From NCBI GenBank assembly GCA_030829925.1, contig JAURNZ010000054.1, positions 1-28,768 of the forward strand: 28,768 nt of DNA, read 5' to 3'. Below are positions 1 to 8,709 of the stretch, one piece after another. Position numbers and translations under genes: made by a program. The notes under the pieces were generated by a model. The model was given only the letters and a program-made list of their open reading frames with translations, did no database searches and was not told the origin of the DNA. Each line of letters begins with the position of its first letter. Positions within the stretch are counted from its first letter, which is position 1. Source of the stretch: Gammaproteobacteria bacterium. Its GTDB lineage: Bacteria > Pseudomonadota > Gammaproteobacteria > Comchoanobacterales > Comchoanobacteraceae.

Positions 1-659
1 AAAAAATTTAATGAATTTATGGATGCGGTTGATAGTACAAAAACTGATTTAGGAAAAGCATTGCAAAATCCTAATGGGGTAGTAAAGGAAGCGGCTGACA
101 AAAAAATGCGCAGGCGGCTCAATCTCAACCCCCAGCTGCAGAGAACAAAGGTTTTTTCGCAAGGGTTAAGAGTATTTTTAATTATATTGTGTCATTCTTC
201 AGACCCAGCAATGATAGAAAAGTTAGCCCGAAAGTAGGAAACGTTACACCATCTGAGCACACTAGTGTAAGCGCTAAATCATTAAATGTAAGCACTGAAA
301 AAAAACTGTCAAATAACCCTAAAGATCTAGCGATTAAAGAAATAAATGAAGCAAACAATTTGGACGCAGCTATAAAAGCATTTGATGAATATGCTGTAGG
401 AAAAGAAAATTTTGACCCAGAAGAGAAAGTGTGGTGGAATAATAAAACTTATACACAGCTAGAAAGTGCAGGTAAATTAGAATATATTGAGAATCTAGTC
501 AATGATTCTAGAGCTACAGTAGTTGCAAGACATGATGATTCTTCTTCATCAAATAATGATCTACTTAATCAGAAGGATACATTGGTTGCAGGTATTGAAC
601 ATATCGAGCAAGGCCTTGATAATGATAATAAACCTGAAACACCCTTCATTAAAAACTAA
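1..659 (+). CDS. C-terminal part of a hypothetical, effector-like protein (5' end outside the window); apparently frameshifted at the A7 run 100-106
   Basis: Frame 1 is open from base 1 to 237 (KKFNEFMDAVDSTKTDLGKALQNPNGVVKEAADKK...). Frame 3 is open from 99 to TAA at 657-659 (NAQAAQSQPPAAENKGFFARVKSIFNYIVSFFRPS...PFIKN). One extra A in the run joins them into a single reading. No recognisable family motif. Confidence 0.6.
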
Positions 660-1739
660 TTACTTTTCCATTAATGACCAAGCAGGCAGTTGATACTGCA
701 TTCTTAGCTGTGTGGCATTGCCACCAAGCGCAAAGCCAATAAGCTTATTTTGATCATCAAATTGTTCCATTTGGATGCCATCATGATCACTAATGACTTC
801 CCAGCGACCTTTGATCCAAGGGTGACGACAAACCACCACAGGGAAAGTCGGTGTTTTAGCTACTGTGGGCAGTGCTGGGTAACTGATTTCAGTTGGATTG
901 CCAAGTAAGGTTTGTACCATGGCTTGTGCTTGTTGGCGAATGGGGCCAATGTAACGCAAGGTAACCCCATGCACTTCTGCACAATCACCCAAAGCATAGA
1001 CATCTGCTAAGTTTGTTTTACCATGCGCATCAACAATGATGCCGTTGGGACTAACTGCCAATGCATCACTGATGGCAGGGGCATGTTGGAGGCCAATGGC
1101 TTGAATGGTCAAATCTGCTTCAGGGGGTGTTGATTCATACCACTCGATGCCAGCTTCAACCATTGCATCTTTTAGGGCTTCTCCAATAGGGCTCGGTACC
1201 AACCCACTAAGTGGGCAGGGGACATCACTTACTAAGCGAATGGTTTTATTTAAAGACAATAGATCATTTGCTAATTCACAACCCACCAGGCCTGCGCCAA
1301 TGATGTTAATGGTATCGGCTTTTTCCATCAAAGGACGTAAGACTCGATAGTCATCCAGTGTATTTAAAGAAAGGGCATTGGTTAAGTGGGGTAGCTTTTT
1401 AGGTGTAGACCCAGTAGCAATGATTAGTTTTGAATATTTAAAATCCCCACGATCAGTGACTAAAACCTTTTTTTTATCCTGAATGTCGATGGCTTTAGTC
1501 TGTGTCAAAATCGTTGCATTTAAACTGTTGGCCAAATCTTTTTTATATTCACTGATGGTATTATCTGGCGTTTTTCCTTTGGTTAAGGATACTGACAATA
1601 AAGGCTTATGATAAAAATCACCATCATCTTGAGTGATGATCATCAAAGGATGATTCGGTTCAGCTTGACGCCATAATTTTGCTAATGTGAAGCCAGCAAT
1701 GCCAGCACCAACAATGATGAGAGGGGTTTTAGTAGACAC
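660..1739 (-). CDS. FAD-dependent pyridine nucleotide oxidoreductase, rubredoxin-NAD(+) reductase/NorW-like
   Basis: FAD-binding GAGIAG, YHKPLLS, IIATGS, NAD-binding GAGLVGCE, ALGDCA. Start moved to GTG at 1739 (GGAG just upstream; 11-nt overlap with the ispB end); the ORF track starts at 1760. Confidence 0.85.
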   Translation of the reverse strand: MSTKTPLIIVGAGIAGFTLAKLWRQAEPNHPLMIITQDDGDFYHKPLLSVSLTKGKTPDNTISEYKKDLANSLNATILTQTKAIDIQDKKKVLVTDRGDFKYSKLIIATGSTPKKLPHLTNALSLNTLDDYRVLRPLMEKADTINIIGAGLVGCELANDLLSLNKTIRLVSDVPCPLSGLVPSPIGEALKDAMVEAGIEWYESTPPEADLTIQAIGLQHAPAISDALAVSPNGIIVDAHGKTNLADVYALGDCAEVHGVTLRYIGPIRQQAQAMVQTLLGNPTEISYPALPTVAKTPTFPVVVCRHPWIKGRWEVISDHDGIQMEQFDDQNKLIGFALGGNATQLRMQYQLPAWSLMEK

Positions 1740-2685
1740 GATGCTCCAAGGTTTTAACAAGTTGGGTTAATAAATCAGTTAAGTGATGTGACGGTAATGT
1801 GTCAAGCGCCTCATTGGCTTGATCCACATACTCAGATATTTTTTGGCGTGTCAGCTCAAATGCACCAGATTGTTCTAACAAAGCTGTGATTTCAGTAACA
1901 GATGCTTGATCTTTGTGGGCTGATTCAATCAAAGCAGTAAAGGATTGATTTTGATAAGCCATAATGAGTGGGTAGGTTGTTTTGCGATCAAGCCAGTCTT
2001 GACCTAAAGTCTTACCAGACACATCACTGGTGTAATCCAATAAATCATCTTGAAGTTGGAAAGCCAGGCCTAAGGCTTGACCAAAAGACAAACAAGCTTG
2101 GGTAACCTCAGGGGATGCATTGGAAACCTTCGCTGATAGGTGGCAAGCTTGCTTAAATAGTTCAGCAGTTTTAGCTTGAATGATCGAAAAATAGGTGCCT
2201 GCATCCATATCCAGTTTATTGCGTACTTGATGCTGTTGTACTTCACCTGCCACAATGATTTGAGTGGCTTGAGCCAAATCATGAATGACCAAAGGGTCTT
2301 TTAAGGCTGCAATCCAACGAAAAGCTTGCGCAAAAAAATAATCTCCAACAAGAATACTGGCTTTGTTGCCATGCTCATACCAAGCGGTGGGTTGGTTGTG
2401 TCTTTTAGGTGCATCATCAATGACATCGTCATGTAACAATGTTGCACAATGAATGATTTCAACAATGGCTGCTAATAAATGATGCGATGCATGACATGTG
2501 CCAAGGATGTTGCCAACGGCTAATACCAATAAGGGACGAAGATGTTTGCCTCTTACAATGTGTTTGCCAATGTCACTGATTAAGTGCAATTGATGTTGCT
2601 GGGGTAGTTTTAAGTGTAATTGGGTATGCGCCCAATCAGTGGTAACTTCGTTAGTAATTAATGGGATGAGTTCGTTTAAATTCAT
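1729..2685 (-). CDS. ispB: Polyprenyl (octaprenyl-type) diphosphate synthase
   Basis: GKHLRP, first Asp-rich motif TLLHDDVIDD, ILVGDY, KTAELF, second Asp-rich motif FQLQDDLLD, GKTLGQD. ATG at 2685 overlaps the ybgC stop (ATGA). Confidence 0.9.
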   Translation of the reverse strand: MNLNELIPLITNEVTTDWAHTQLHLKLPQQHQLHLISDIGKHIVRGKHLRPLLVLAVGNILGTCHASHHLLAAIVEIIHCATLLHDDVIDDAPKRHNQPTAWYEHGNKASILVGDYFFAQAFRWIAALKDPLVIHDLAQATQIIVAGEVQQHQVRNKLDMDAGTYFSIIQAKTAELFKQACHLSAKVSNASPEVTQACLSFGQALGLAFQLQDDLLDYTSDVSGKTLGQDWLDRKTTYPLIMAYQNQSFTALIESAHKDQASVTEITALLEQSGAFELTRQKISEYVDQANEALDTLPSHHLTDLLTQLVKTLEHRVY

Positions 2686-3056
2686 GTGCAAAAAGCTTCT
2701 ATGTAATGGGGCAATGGTTTAGGTTTGCCTGCTTGGTTAATATAGGCCATTTCAAGTTCACCTTGGCATAAGCATTGTTCATCTTTGTAAATGCTCTGGT
2801 GCCAAATGGCCAACGTGGGTCTAATGACTTTCAGGGTACTTTTGACTTCAAGTACATCCCCAAGACGTGCAGGTGATAGGAAGTCCACTTTCAAAGACTT
2901 AATCACAAAGGCTTCTTTTTTTTGACACATGGCTTCCCAGTGTTCTTTTTGTTGCATCAGCCAACTGGACCTAGCACGTTCAAAGTACTTTAGGTAATTG
3001 GCATGATACACAACCCCTTGTGCATCGGTGTCTTCGTAGTAAACCGTAATCTTCAT
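2682..3056 (-). CDS. ybgC: YbgC/FadM-family hotdog acyl-CoA thioesterase
   Basis: N-terminal VYYEDTDAQGVVYHANYLKYFERAR signature; 124 aa. Confidence 0.88.
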   Translation of the reverse strand: MKITVYYEDTDAQGVVYHANYLKYFERARSSWLMQQKEHWEAMCQKKEAFVIKSLKVDFLSPARLGDVLEVKSTLKVIRPTLAIWHQSIYKDEQCLCQGELEMAYINQAGKPKPLPHYIEAFCT

Positions 3057-3059
3057 AGA

Positions 3060-5639
3060 TTATGCGCTGATTTGGTTGACCATGTATGCCAAAATACCAC
3101 CACTGCGATAATATTCAAGTTCATGATCTGTATCAATGCGACATGCCAATGGATAGGTTTGTGTACTGCCATCATGACGTGTGATGCGTAAGGTTAAAGT
3201 TGCCTTAGGACCTGACATATCACTGATGCCGTCAATATCAATCAACTCGTCACCGACTAAATTGAGATCACTGAGTGGAACATTCAATTGGCAAGGTAAT
3301 ACACCCATCCCGACAAGGTTGGAACGGTGAATACGCTCGAAACTTTCACAAATCACCACTTTAACACCGAGCATGTATGTGCCTTTAGCTGCCCAGTCTC
3401 TAGAGGATCCAGTACCATATTCCTTACCACCAAAAACAACCAATGGCGTATTTTGTGCTTGATAATGCATGGCTGCATCAAAAACGCTCATAAGTTTTTT
3501 CTCTGGATAAATTGTGGTATAACCACCTTCTTTATCTGGATTCATAAGGTTTCTGATACGGATGTTTGCAAACGTACCACGTTGCATGATTTCATGGTTG
3601 CCTCGACGTGACCCATAAGTATTAAAATCTTTTGGATCAATGTTGTGCTCGTTTAAATATTGTGCGGCAGGTGAGCCTAACTTAATGGCACCAGCGGGTG
3701 AAATATGGTCAGTTGTGACAGAATCGCCTAACAATAATAAAATACGTGCTTGATGCACATCGGTTAATTTTTCCGGTGTTTGGAAAAAGTCAGGACAACG
3801 GACGTAAGTTGACGCATGATCCCAGCTAAAGTTAGGTTGGTCAATGACGTTGATGTTTTGCCATTGTTGATTGCCTTCCAAAACTTGCTTGTATTGTTCA
3901 GCATACATGGATTGATTGATTTGTTGTTCTTGTTGATCAATTTCTAGTGCACTTGGCCAGATGTCTTTCAAATAAACATCCACACCATTGGCATCTTGCC
4001 CTAGGGGTTCTTTAGTCAAATCAATGTCTGTGGTTCCTGCAATAGCAAAAGCAACAACCAATGGTGGGGATGCCAACCAATTGGCTTTGACTTGTGGATG
4101 AATTCTGCCTTCAAAATTTCTATTGCCTGATAAAACAGCAGACACAGCCAAACCATTATCTTCAATCTCTTGAGTAATGTCATCTGACAATGGACCTGAG
4201 TTACCAATACAGGTTGTACAGCCATATCCCACTAGGTTGAAACCAAGTTCATTTAGATAAGGCATTAAGTTGAGTTTTTCCAGGTAATCGGTTACAACCC
4301 TTGAGCCTGGTGCAAATGAGGTTTTAACCCATGGTTTGGTTGTAAGGCCACGCGCCAAAGCAGCTTTGGCAAGTAAGCCTGCACATATTAAAATGCTAGG
4401 GTTTGATGTATTGGTACAGCTCGTGATGGCAGCAATAACCACATCGTTGTGTTTTAAATTTGGACCATTCGGAGTGCTTGGTTTGATGGCCAAAGAACTT
4501 GTTTTAAGGTCAGACAGATAGACTTTGTCTTGAGGTCTTTTAGGGCCAGCTAAACAAGGTTTAACTTCGGACAAATTGATTGTAATGACATCGGTGAATG
4601 ACATTTTGTCATCATTGGCATGCCAGAACCCTTGATGCTTGGCATAGGTTTCAATGATTTGACACTGCGCCTCACTACGGTTGGTCAGCCTCAAATAATT
4701 CATGGTTTGTTCATCAATTGGGAAGAAACCACAGGTCGCACCATATTCAGGTGCCATATTACTGATGGTTGCTCTTTGTGCCAAGGTTAGGTCTTTTAAA
4801 GCAGGTCCATAAAATTCTACAAATTTACCAACAACACCATAAGCACGAAGTCGGTTGGTCACTTCTAAAACCAAATCAGTTGCGGTAATGCCAGGTGCCA
4901 ATTCACCATCTAGATAAACCCCAATCACATCTGGTATGAGTAAGCTAACAGGTTGATCAAGCATAACAGCTTCTGCTTCAATGCCACCGACACCCCAACC
5001 AAGGACACCGAGGGCATTAACCATGGTGGTATGGCTATCTGTACCAACCAAAGTATCTGGAAATAAAACACCATCTCTTTCACCCACAACAGGGGCTAAG
5101 TATTCAATGTTTACTTGGTGACAAATACCTGCACCTGGTGGGACAACTCGGAAATTATTAAAATGTGCTTGCCCCCATTTAAGTAACTCATAACGTTCTT
5201 TATTACGTTGCATCTCTAGTGCTTCGTTTAAACCTAAAGCATTGGCTGAGGCAAACTTATCAACTTGAATGGAATGATCGATCACCAGATCTACTTGGCA
5301 GCTTGGATTAATAAGGCTAGGATCTTTTTGTTTTTTTGTGATGGCATCACGCATGGCTGCTAAATCAACCACACCAGGCACACCAGTAAAATCTTGCATC
5401 AATACCCGAGAAGGTAGGTAGAAGATTTCTGTTTGCGTTTGCTTATGAAAAAAAGCTTTTAAATGTGATTCGGTAATTGTTTTACCATCAAAGCGACGTA
5501 CCAAGTTTTCAAACAAGACCTTAAGACTCTTAGGTAGCACATGGGCATTATCAAAACCCAGTGTTTGAGCGGTTTGATTAAGATCGGCAATAGTATAGTT
5601 TTTGTCCTCTATTTTCAAGGAAGTAAGATATGAATTCAT
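3060..5639 (-). CDS. acnA: Aconitate hydratase A
   Basis: DHSIQVD, GICHQVN, GTDSHT, AAITSCTNTSNP, GYGCTTCIGNSG (Fe-S cysteines), SGNRNFEGR, TTDHISPAG, YGTGSSRDWAAKG. Start set to ATG 5639 (MNSYLTSL). Confidence 0.97.
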   Translation of the reverse strand: MNSYLTSLKIEDKNYTIADLNQTAQTLGFDNAHVLPKSLKVLFENLVRRFDGKTITESHLKAFFHKQTQTEIFYLPSRVLMQDFTGVPGVVDLAAMRDAITKKQKDPSLINPSCQVDLVIDHSIQVDKFASANALGLNEALEMQRNKERYELLKWGQAHFNNFRVVPPGAGICHQVNIEYLAPVVGERDGVLFPDTLVGTDSHTTMVNALGVLGWGVGGIEAEAVMLDQPVSLLIPDVIGVYLDGELAPGITATDLVLEVTNRLRAYGVVGKFVEFYGPALKDLTLAQRATISNMAPEYGATCGFFPIDEQTMNYLRLTNRSEAQCQIIETYAKHQGFWHANDDKMSFTDVITINLSEVKPCLAGPKRPQDKVYLSDLKTSSLAIKPSTPNGPNLKHNDVVIAAITSCTNTSNPSILICAGLLAKAALARGLTTKPWVKTSFAPGSRVVTDYLEKLNLMPYLNELGFNLVGYGCTTCIGNSGPLSDDITQEIEDNGLAVSAVLSGNRNFEGRIHPQVKANWLASPPLVVAFAIAGTTDIDLTKEPLGQDANGVDVYLKDIWPSALEIDQQEQQINQSMYAEQYKQVLEGNQQWQNINVIDQPNFSWDHASTYVRCPDFFQTPEKLTDVHQARILLLLGDSVTTDHISPAGAIKLGSPAAQYLNEHNIDPKDFNTYGSRRGNHEIMQRGTFANIRIRNLMNPDKEGGYTTIYPEKKLMSVFDAAMHYQAQNTPLVVFGGKEYGTGSSRDWAAKGTYMLGVKVVICESFERIHRSNLVGMGVLPCQLNVPLSDLNLVGDELIDIDGISDMSGPKATLTLRITRHDGSTQTYPLACRIDTDHELEYYRSGGILAYMVNQISA

Positions 5640-5646
5640 ACCCTCT

Positions 5647-5675
5647 ATGCTAAACCTTACCCGAGATTTAGGCAA
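5647..5675 (-). promoter_or_regulatory. Putative sigma70 promoter of acnA
   Basis: On the minus strand: TTGCCT (5675-5670), 17 nt, TAGCAT (5652-5647), 7 nt, ATG. Confidence 0.5.
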
Positions 5676-5708
5676 GTATTTGTTTAATAATTAACTAATC
5701 TAAATTGG

Positions 5709-6335
5709 CTATGTACTTTGGATGCATTCTAAAATAGTCGCAGCAGTTTTTTTTCTTAAAATGAGTACTAAATGTTCGTAAGGCAGCGTGGTGACGGAGG
5801 CTAGGTTGGGGATCATCGTACTTTGAATCGATACAATGCCATCATTGTCTCCGGGAATAAGCTTTCCTGAGAAGGTTTTATTGGTAATTCCATTGATTAA
5901 GTGACAGGTGTATTTTTGGCAAACGTTTGGGACTATTGGCTTGGCTTTTTTTGTTAGGTCATGTGCAGGTAGTGCGCCAACGACATACAAAAGCCATCGT
6001 GTCAAAAATGATTTTGAGAACCTAGTAACCAGTTCAACACCATGGTTGGGTGGGGCAATCATGATCATGCAATGGATGCCTTGGGGTTGGTAACGGTCGA
6101 GCAATTGTTGCATGACAAGGCCACCCATGGAGTGGGTGATGATGACGGCTGGTTGATCCACGTCAAGTTTGGGGGCTAATGTTTCCCAAACAGCATCTGC
6201 TGCTTTAGAGACAGTAAGTTTTCTTGACTGGTAGCCAATGAGTTTGGTTGAATGGCCATGCTTTTTAAGCATTCGTGCTAAAGGGTGCATCACCCATCGC
6301 GGTGCTGATAAGCCATGGATGAGATAAATATTCAT
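5709..6335 (-). CDS. Alpha/beta-hydrolase (lipase/esterase-like)
   Basis: LIHGL oxyanion strand, nucleophile elbow THSMGG, IAPPNHG, DNDGIVS acid motif, distal His (EHLVL). ATGA overlap with folK. Confidence 0.82.
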   Translation of the reverse strand: MNIYLIHGLSAPRWVMHPLARMLKKHGHSTKLIGYQSRKLTVSKAADAVWETLAPKLDVDQPAVIITHSMGGLVMQQLLDRYQPQGIHCMIMIAPPNHGVELVTRFSKSFLTRWLLYVVGALPAHDLTKKAKPIVPNVCQKYTCHLINGITNKTFSGKLIPGDNDGIVSIQSTMIPNLASVTTLPYEHLVLILRKKTAATILECIQST

Positions 6336-6838
6336 GCGGGTGTTTTATTTGCTTTGAAGCACTTGAGTGTTTCATTGAATTGCTGACAAAGGCTTTGAAT
6401 ATCTTCAAGATGCTCAGGCCAACCCGTTGTTAGTACTTCGCTCAATGGCACTAAGACAAATTGTCTGTCAGTCATGCGTGGATGTGGGATTTGTAATGTT
6501 TGGTCGGCATGTGTCTCATTGTCGTATAACAAAAGATCCATATCTATGGTTCGTGGTTTTTTTTCACCTTTGTCACGTCGTCCCATGATATATTCTAGTG
6601 ATCGTGTTAGCTCAAAAAGTGCTTGAAGGGTTAGCGAGGTTTGTATGCGAATGACGGCGTTGATGTATTTTGGCTGTTGTTCACAGACATCAACTGGATT
6701 GGTTTCATATAGCTGGGAAGTTGCTGCCACGTGGACATGGTTTTCCTGAAGCGCTTCAATGGCATTTTGAATGTTTTGAGCTCGGTCACCTAAATTGCTT
6801 CCAAGCCCAATGTAGGCAACCTTGGGCGCCTGATTCAT
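6332..6838 (-). CDS. folK: 2-amino-4-hydroxy-6-hydroxymethyldihydropteridine diphosphokinase
   Basis: AYIGLGSNLG, YINAV, PRTIDMDLLLY, LQIPHPRMTDRQFVLVPL; directly downstream of pcnB, the usual gammaproteobacterial order. Confidence 0.97.
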   Translation of the reverse strand: MNQAPKVAYIGLGSNLGDRAQNIQNAIEALQENHVHVAATSQLYETNPVDVCEQQPKYINAVIRIQTSLTLQALFELTRSLEYIMGRRDKGEKKPRTIDMDLLLYDNETHADQTLQIPHPRMTDRQFVLVPLSEVLTTGWPEHLEDIQSLCQQFNETLKCFKANKTPA

Positions 6839-8094
6839 TTTGCTGTCGTAGAGCTTTCTAAAGTGCTAGATAATCCTTGCCATTTAACAGCTTGCCACCA
6901 GACAGGTTCATTGGCATGGGCTCTTAGCATTAATAAATCTAGGCCAGCTCTGAACCTGGGCGATTTCAGTGTGCGATCAACGATGTAATCATCAGATTTC
7001 ATAAATGACAACTGTAACTGCCAGATGTGTAAAATACCTTCAATGATTTTTCTAGGTAGCTTTAATGTTTTTTGTTGTTCATTGATAATGTTATCTGCTG
7101 CAGCCATGAATTGCTTAGCATAATCACGGTCACGTGGACGTAATTTTCTAGTGGCTTGTTTGAGTGGCCACCACAAAAGGACAGCATACAAAAATGCACT
7201 ACTAAGAGTTTTATTTTTAAGGTACCTTTGATCTGCGTTATAGCAGGCTTGGTTTAAAAACGTTTGTGTTTGTTTCTGAACACGTTTATCAGATAAACAA
7301 ACTTGTGTTTGTGGGAAAAGCACACTAAATAAACCTAATGCATTAAGCTTATCTAGTGATTTTCTTGCATGACCTGTATAGAAAAGTTTTTGCACTTCAA
7401 AAGATAGGCGGTCAGAAGAGATGTTGGCTAAAAGGTTTTTTTGTTGGCTGATGGCTTCTAGAATATCTGCATCAATCTCAAAGTTAAGTTTGGCAGCCAT
7501 GCGTGCGGCCCTTAGCATGCGGACAGGATCTTCTTTGAATCGTTCTTCTGTTTTGCCAATCATGCTGATACGTTTGCTTTTAATATCATCACAAGCATGC
7601 GTAAAGTCTAAAAGCTGATTTTCTTTTGGATCGTAATAAAGAGCGTTTATGGTGAAATCTCTTCTTAAGACATCGTCCTGAATGGTCCCAAACTCATTGT
7701 CTCGTGTACGAAAGCCATTTTGGTCTACCTTGCCGGAGCGGTTGGATCTAAAAGTTGCAACTTCAAATGTATGATGTTTGTCACGGACATGCACAATCTT
7801 AAAACGTCTGCCAATGATGATAGCACTTCTAAAAAGTTTTTTTATTTGATTTGGTGTTGCATTAGTAACAATGTCAAAGTCTTTAGGTTTGGTTGAGGTT
7901 AATAAATCTCTCAATGCGCCTCCAACAATATAGGCGTCGAAGTTAGCCTTTTGTAACTCAAAAATGATGCGCTTAGCAGCAGGATGAATGTGCTTTGGGC
8001 TGATCTTTTTTTGATCGGGGGTGACAAAAGTTGGTTTTAACTTTGGTTGGACTTGTGATTTAATGCGGTCTAAGATGTTTGTTATGAAACCCAA
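6835..8094 (-). CDS. pcnB: Poly(A) polymerase I
   Basis: YIVGGALRDLL, KDFDIVT (DxD), PAP-specific IIGRRFKIVHV, RRDFTINALYY, EDPVRMLRA, SPRFRAGLDLLMLR. TTG start with GGAG 8 nt upstream. Confidence 0.93.
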   Translation of the reverse strand: MGFITNILDRIKSQVQPKLKPTFVTPDQKKISPKHIHPAAKRIIFELQKANFDAYIVGGALRDLLTSTKPKDFDIVTNATPNQIKKLFRSAIIIGRRFKIVHVRDKHHTFEVATFRSNRSGKVDQNGFRTRDNEFGTIQDDVLRRDFTINALYYDPKENQLLDFTHACDDIKSKRISMIGKTEERFKEDPVRMLRAARMAAKLNFEIDADILEAISQQKNLLANISSDRLSFEVQKLFYTGHARKSLDKLNALGLFSVLFPQTQVCLSDKRVQKQTQTFLNQACYNADQRYLKNKTLSSAFLYAVLLWWPLKQATRKLRPRDRDYAKQFMAAADNIINEQQKTLKLPRKIIEGILHIWQLQLSFMKSDDYIVDRTLKSPRFRAGLDLLMLRAHANEPVWWQAVKWQGLSSTLESSTTAK

Positions 8095-8169
8095 TTTGTT
8101 TTCTCCATTTTAAATATATTAAGGGTTTGTAAAGTATCAATAATTTGATAAACTATAAGTTACTTAACT

Positions 8170-8709
8170 ATGAACAGTATTGCAACCATTGGATATACTA
8201 GCAATTTATATGCTAGAGATCAAAAGACAATTAACTACTTTGAATTTCAAGCAATGTTGGCAGATCAAGTCAGCGATCGCCTACATTGGTATGCTACCAT
8301 TCATCCGCGTGATGAAGAGGATGCTTATCTAGATGCTTCAGAGCGATTAAGTTTGTGCGTTCAGTCACAATTGCAGTCCAATGACAAAGTGTTGGTTGTG
8401 GGCGGCGATGTCAGTGCTTTGTGTCATATGTCAGACTGGGTACCTGCAAATCAATTGCTGGGTGTCTCGGGCATAGCTGAATCATCCCTTGCTACTTTTT
8501 TTGAAAGTTCACCAATCCAGTCAGCATTTGATCATCTGACATTGGGGGTAGGTTTGGATCAGTCGCCAGTCGGTCTTTGGTGGCCAGCAGATGTGTCCAG
8601 CACAATTGTAGTTACTTTGCCATCTAATCGGCGTGTATTGTTTGTTCCAGAGCTTATGTCGGGCTCGCAAATGTTGAAGTTGATCGATATGTTAAAGGTA
8701 TGGGTATGA
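8170..8709 (+). CDS. Hypothetical protein (179 aa)
   Basis: ATG-started ORF filling the space between pcnB and the MFS gene; its stop overlaps the MFS start (ATGA). No convincing family motif. Confidence 0.7.
   Translation: MNSIATIGYTSNLYARDQKTINYFEFQAMLADQVSDRLHWYATIHPRDEEDAYLDASERLSLCVQSQLQSNDKVLVVGGDVSALCHMSDWVPANQLLGVSGIAESSLATFFESSPIQSAFDHLTLGVGLDQSPVGLWWPADVSSTIVVTLPSNRRVLFVPELMSGSQMLKLIDMLKVWV

Noticed and set aside
19-237. 72-aa ORF as an independent gene
   Set aside because: The frame is open upstream of the ATG to base 1, and the part after base 106 looks like off-frame translation; it is better explained as part of the frameshifted gene.
8135-8150. FNR box
   Set aside because: FNR is TTGAT-N4-ATCAA; here the half-sites are in the reverse order. 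Kept only as an unassigned palindrome.
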